A stretch of 64,000 bases of DNA from Camelus ferus (taxonomy: Eukaryota), in assembly GCF_009834535.1 (NCBI RefSeq), contig NC_045697.1, forward strand, positions 14,138,001 through 14,202,000, given 5' to 3'. Position 1 is the first letter of the stretch. Each line of letters opens with the position of its first letter. The position numbers were made by a program, and so were the translations under genes. Below are positions 63,901-64,000 of the stretch, piece after piece. The notes beneath the pieces are model-generated. The model was not told the DNA's origin. It did not search any database and saw nothing but the letters and a program-made list of their open reading frames with translations.

Positions 63901-64000
63901 GAGGAAGCACTGAAAAACACCTCCTTTTTTGTTTATTTATTTGAGGAGGTAAGTTTTTCCATTTAAAACATTCAAAAGATATTTGTAGAGAAAACACCTT

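Larger units (their letters stand above)
1..64000 (+). other. SLIT2: Internal segment of SLIT2 (slit guidance ligand 2), from intron 9 to intron 29 by human numbering
   Basis: Twenty GT-AG exons join in one reading frame to give LRR D2-D4 and EGF1-3, matching the SLIT2 protein as I recall it. The intronic miR-218-1 and the AKEQYFIP exon are diagnostic for SLIT2 rather than SLIT1 or SLIT3. Numbering is anchored on AKEQYFIP = exon 15. Confidence 0.98.

Noticed and set aside
1..64000. CRISPR arrays, operons, prophage or defence systems
   Set aside because: The DNA is a mammalian intron-exon locus. I saw no repeat-spacer arrays or dense prokaryotic-style ORFs.

Overview
This is mammalian genomic DNA, not prokaryotic. 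It is probably camelid, judging from two Vic-1-type tRNA-derived SINEs. The whole window lies inside the SLIT2 gene on the + strand. I read out 20 canonical GT-AG coding exons (exons 10-29 by human numbering). They splice in frame and encode most of LRR domain D2 (the Robo-binding domain), D3, D4 and EGF repeats 1-3. The set includes the known 24-nt cassette exon 15 (AKEQYFIP), and the intronic miR-218-1 hairpin follows it. The introns are AT-rich and carry L1, L2, MIR, LTR, DNA-transposon and microsatellite remnants. Most ORFs in the supplied track are spurious. The best signal beyond the standard gene model is in intron 29. It holds a 27-nt in-frame microexon (60969-60995, AANLNEVEK) that would insert into the last disulfide loop of EGF3, a YGCY/UGC motif cluster upstream of it, and a recursive-splice-like AG|GTAAGC site 139 nt upstream. 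Other leads are an ~89-nt hairpin at 57329-57417 and a GC-shifted intronic patch suggesting biased gene conversion. Gene, repeat and species names come from recognising the sequence, not from database searches. I found no evidence of a wholly new biological system.
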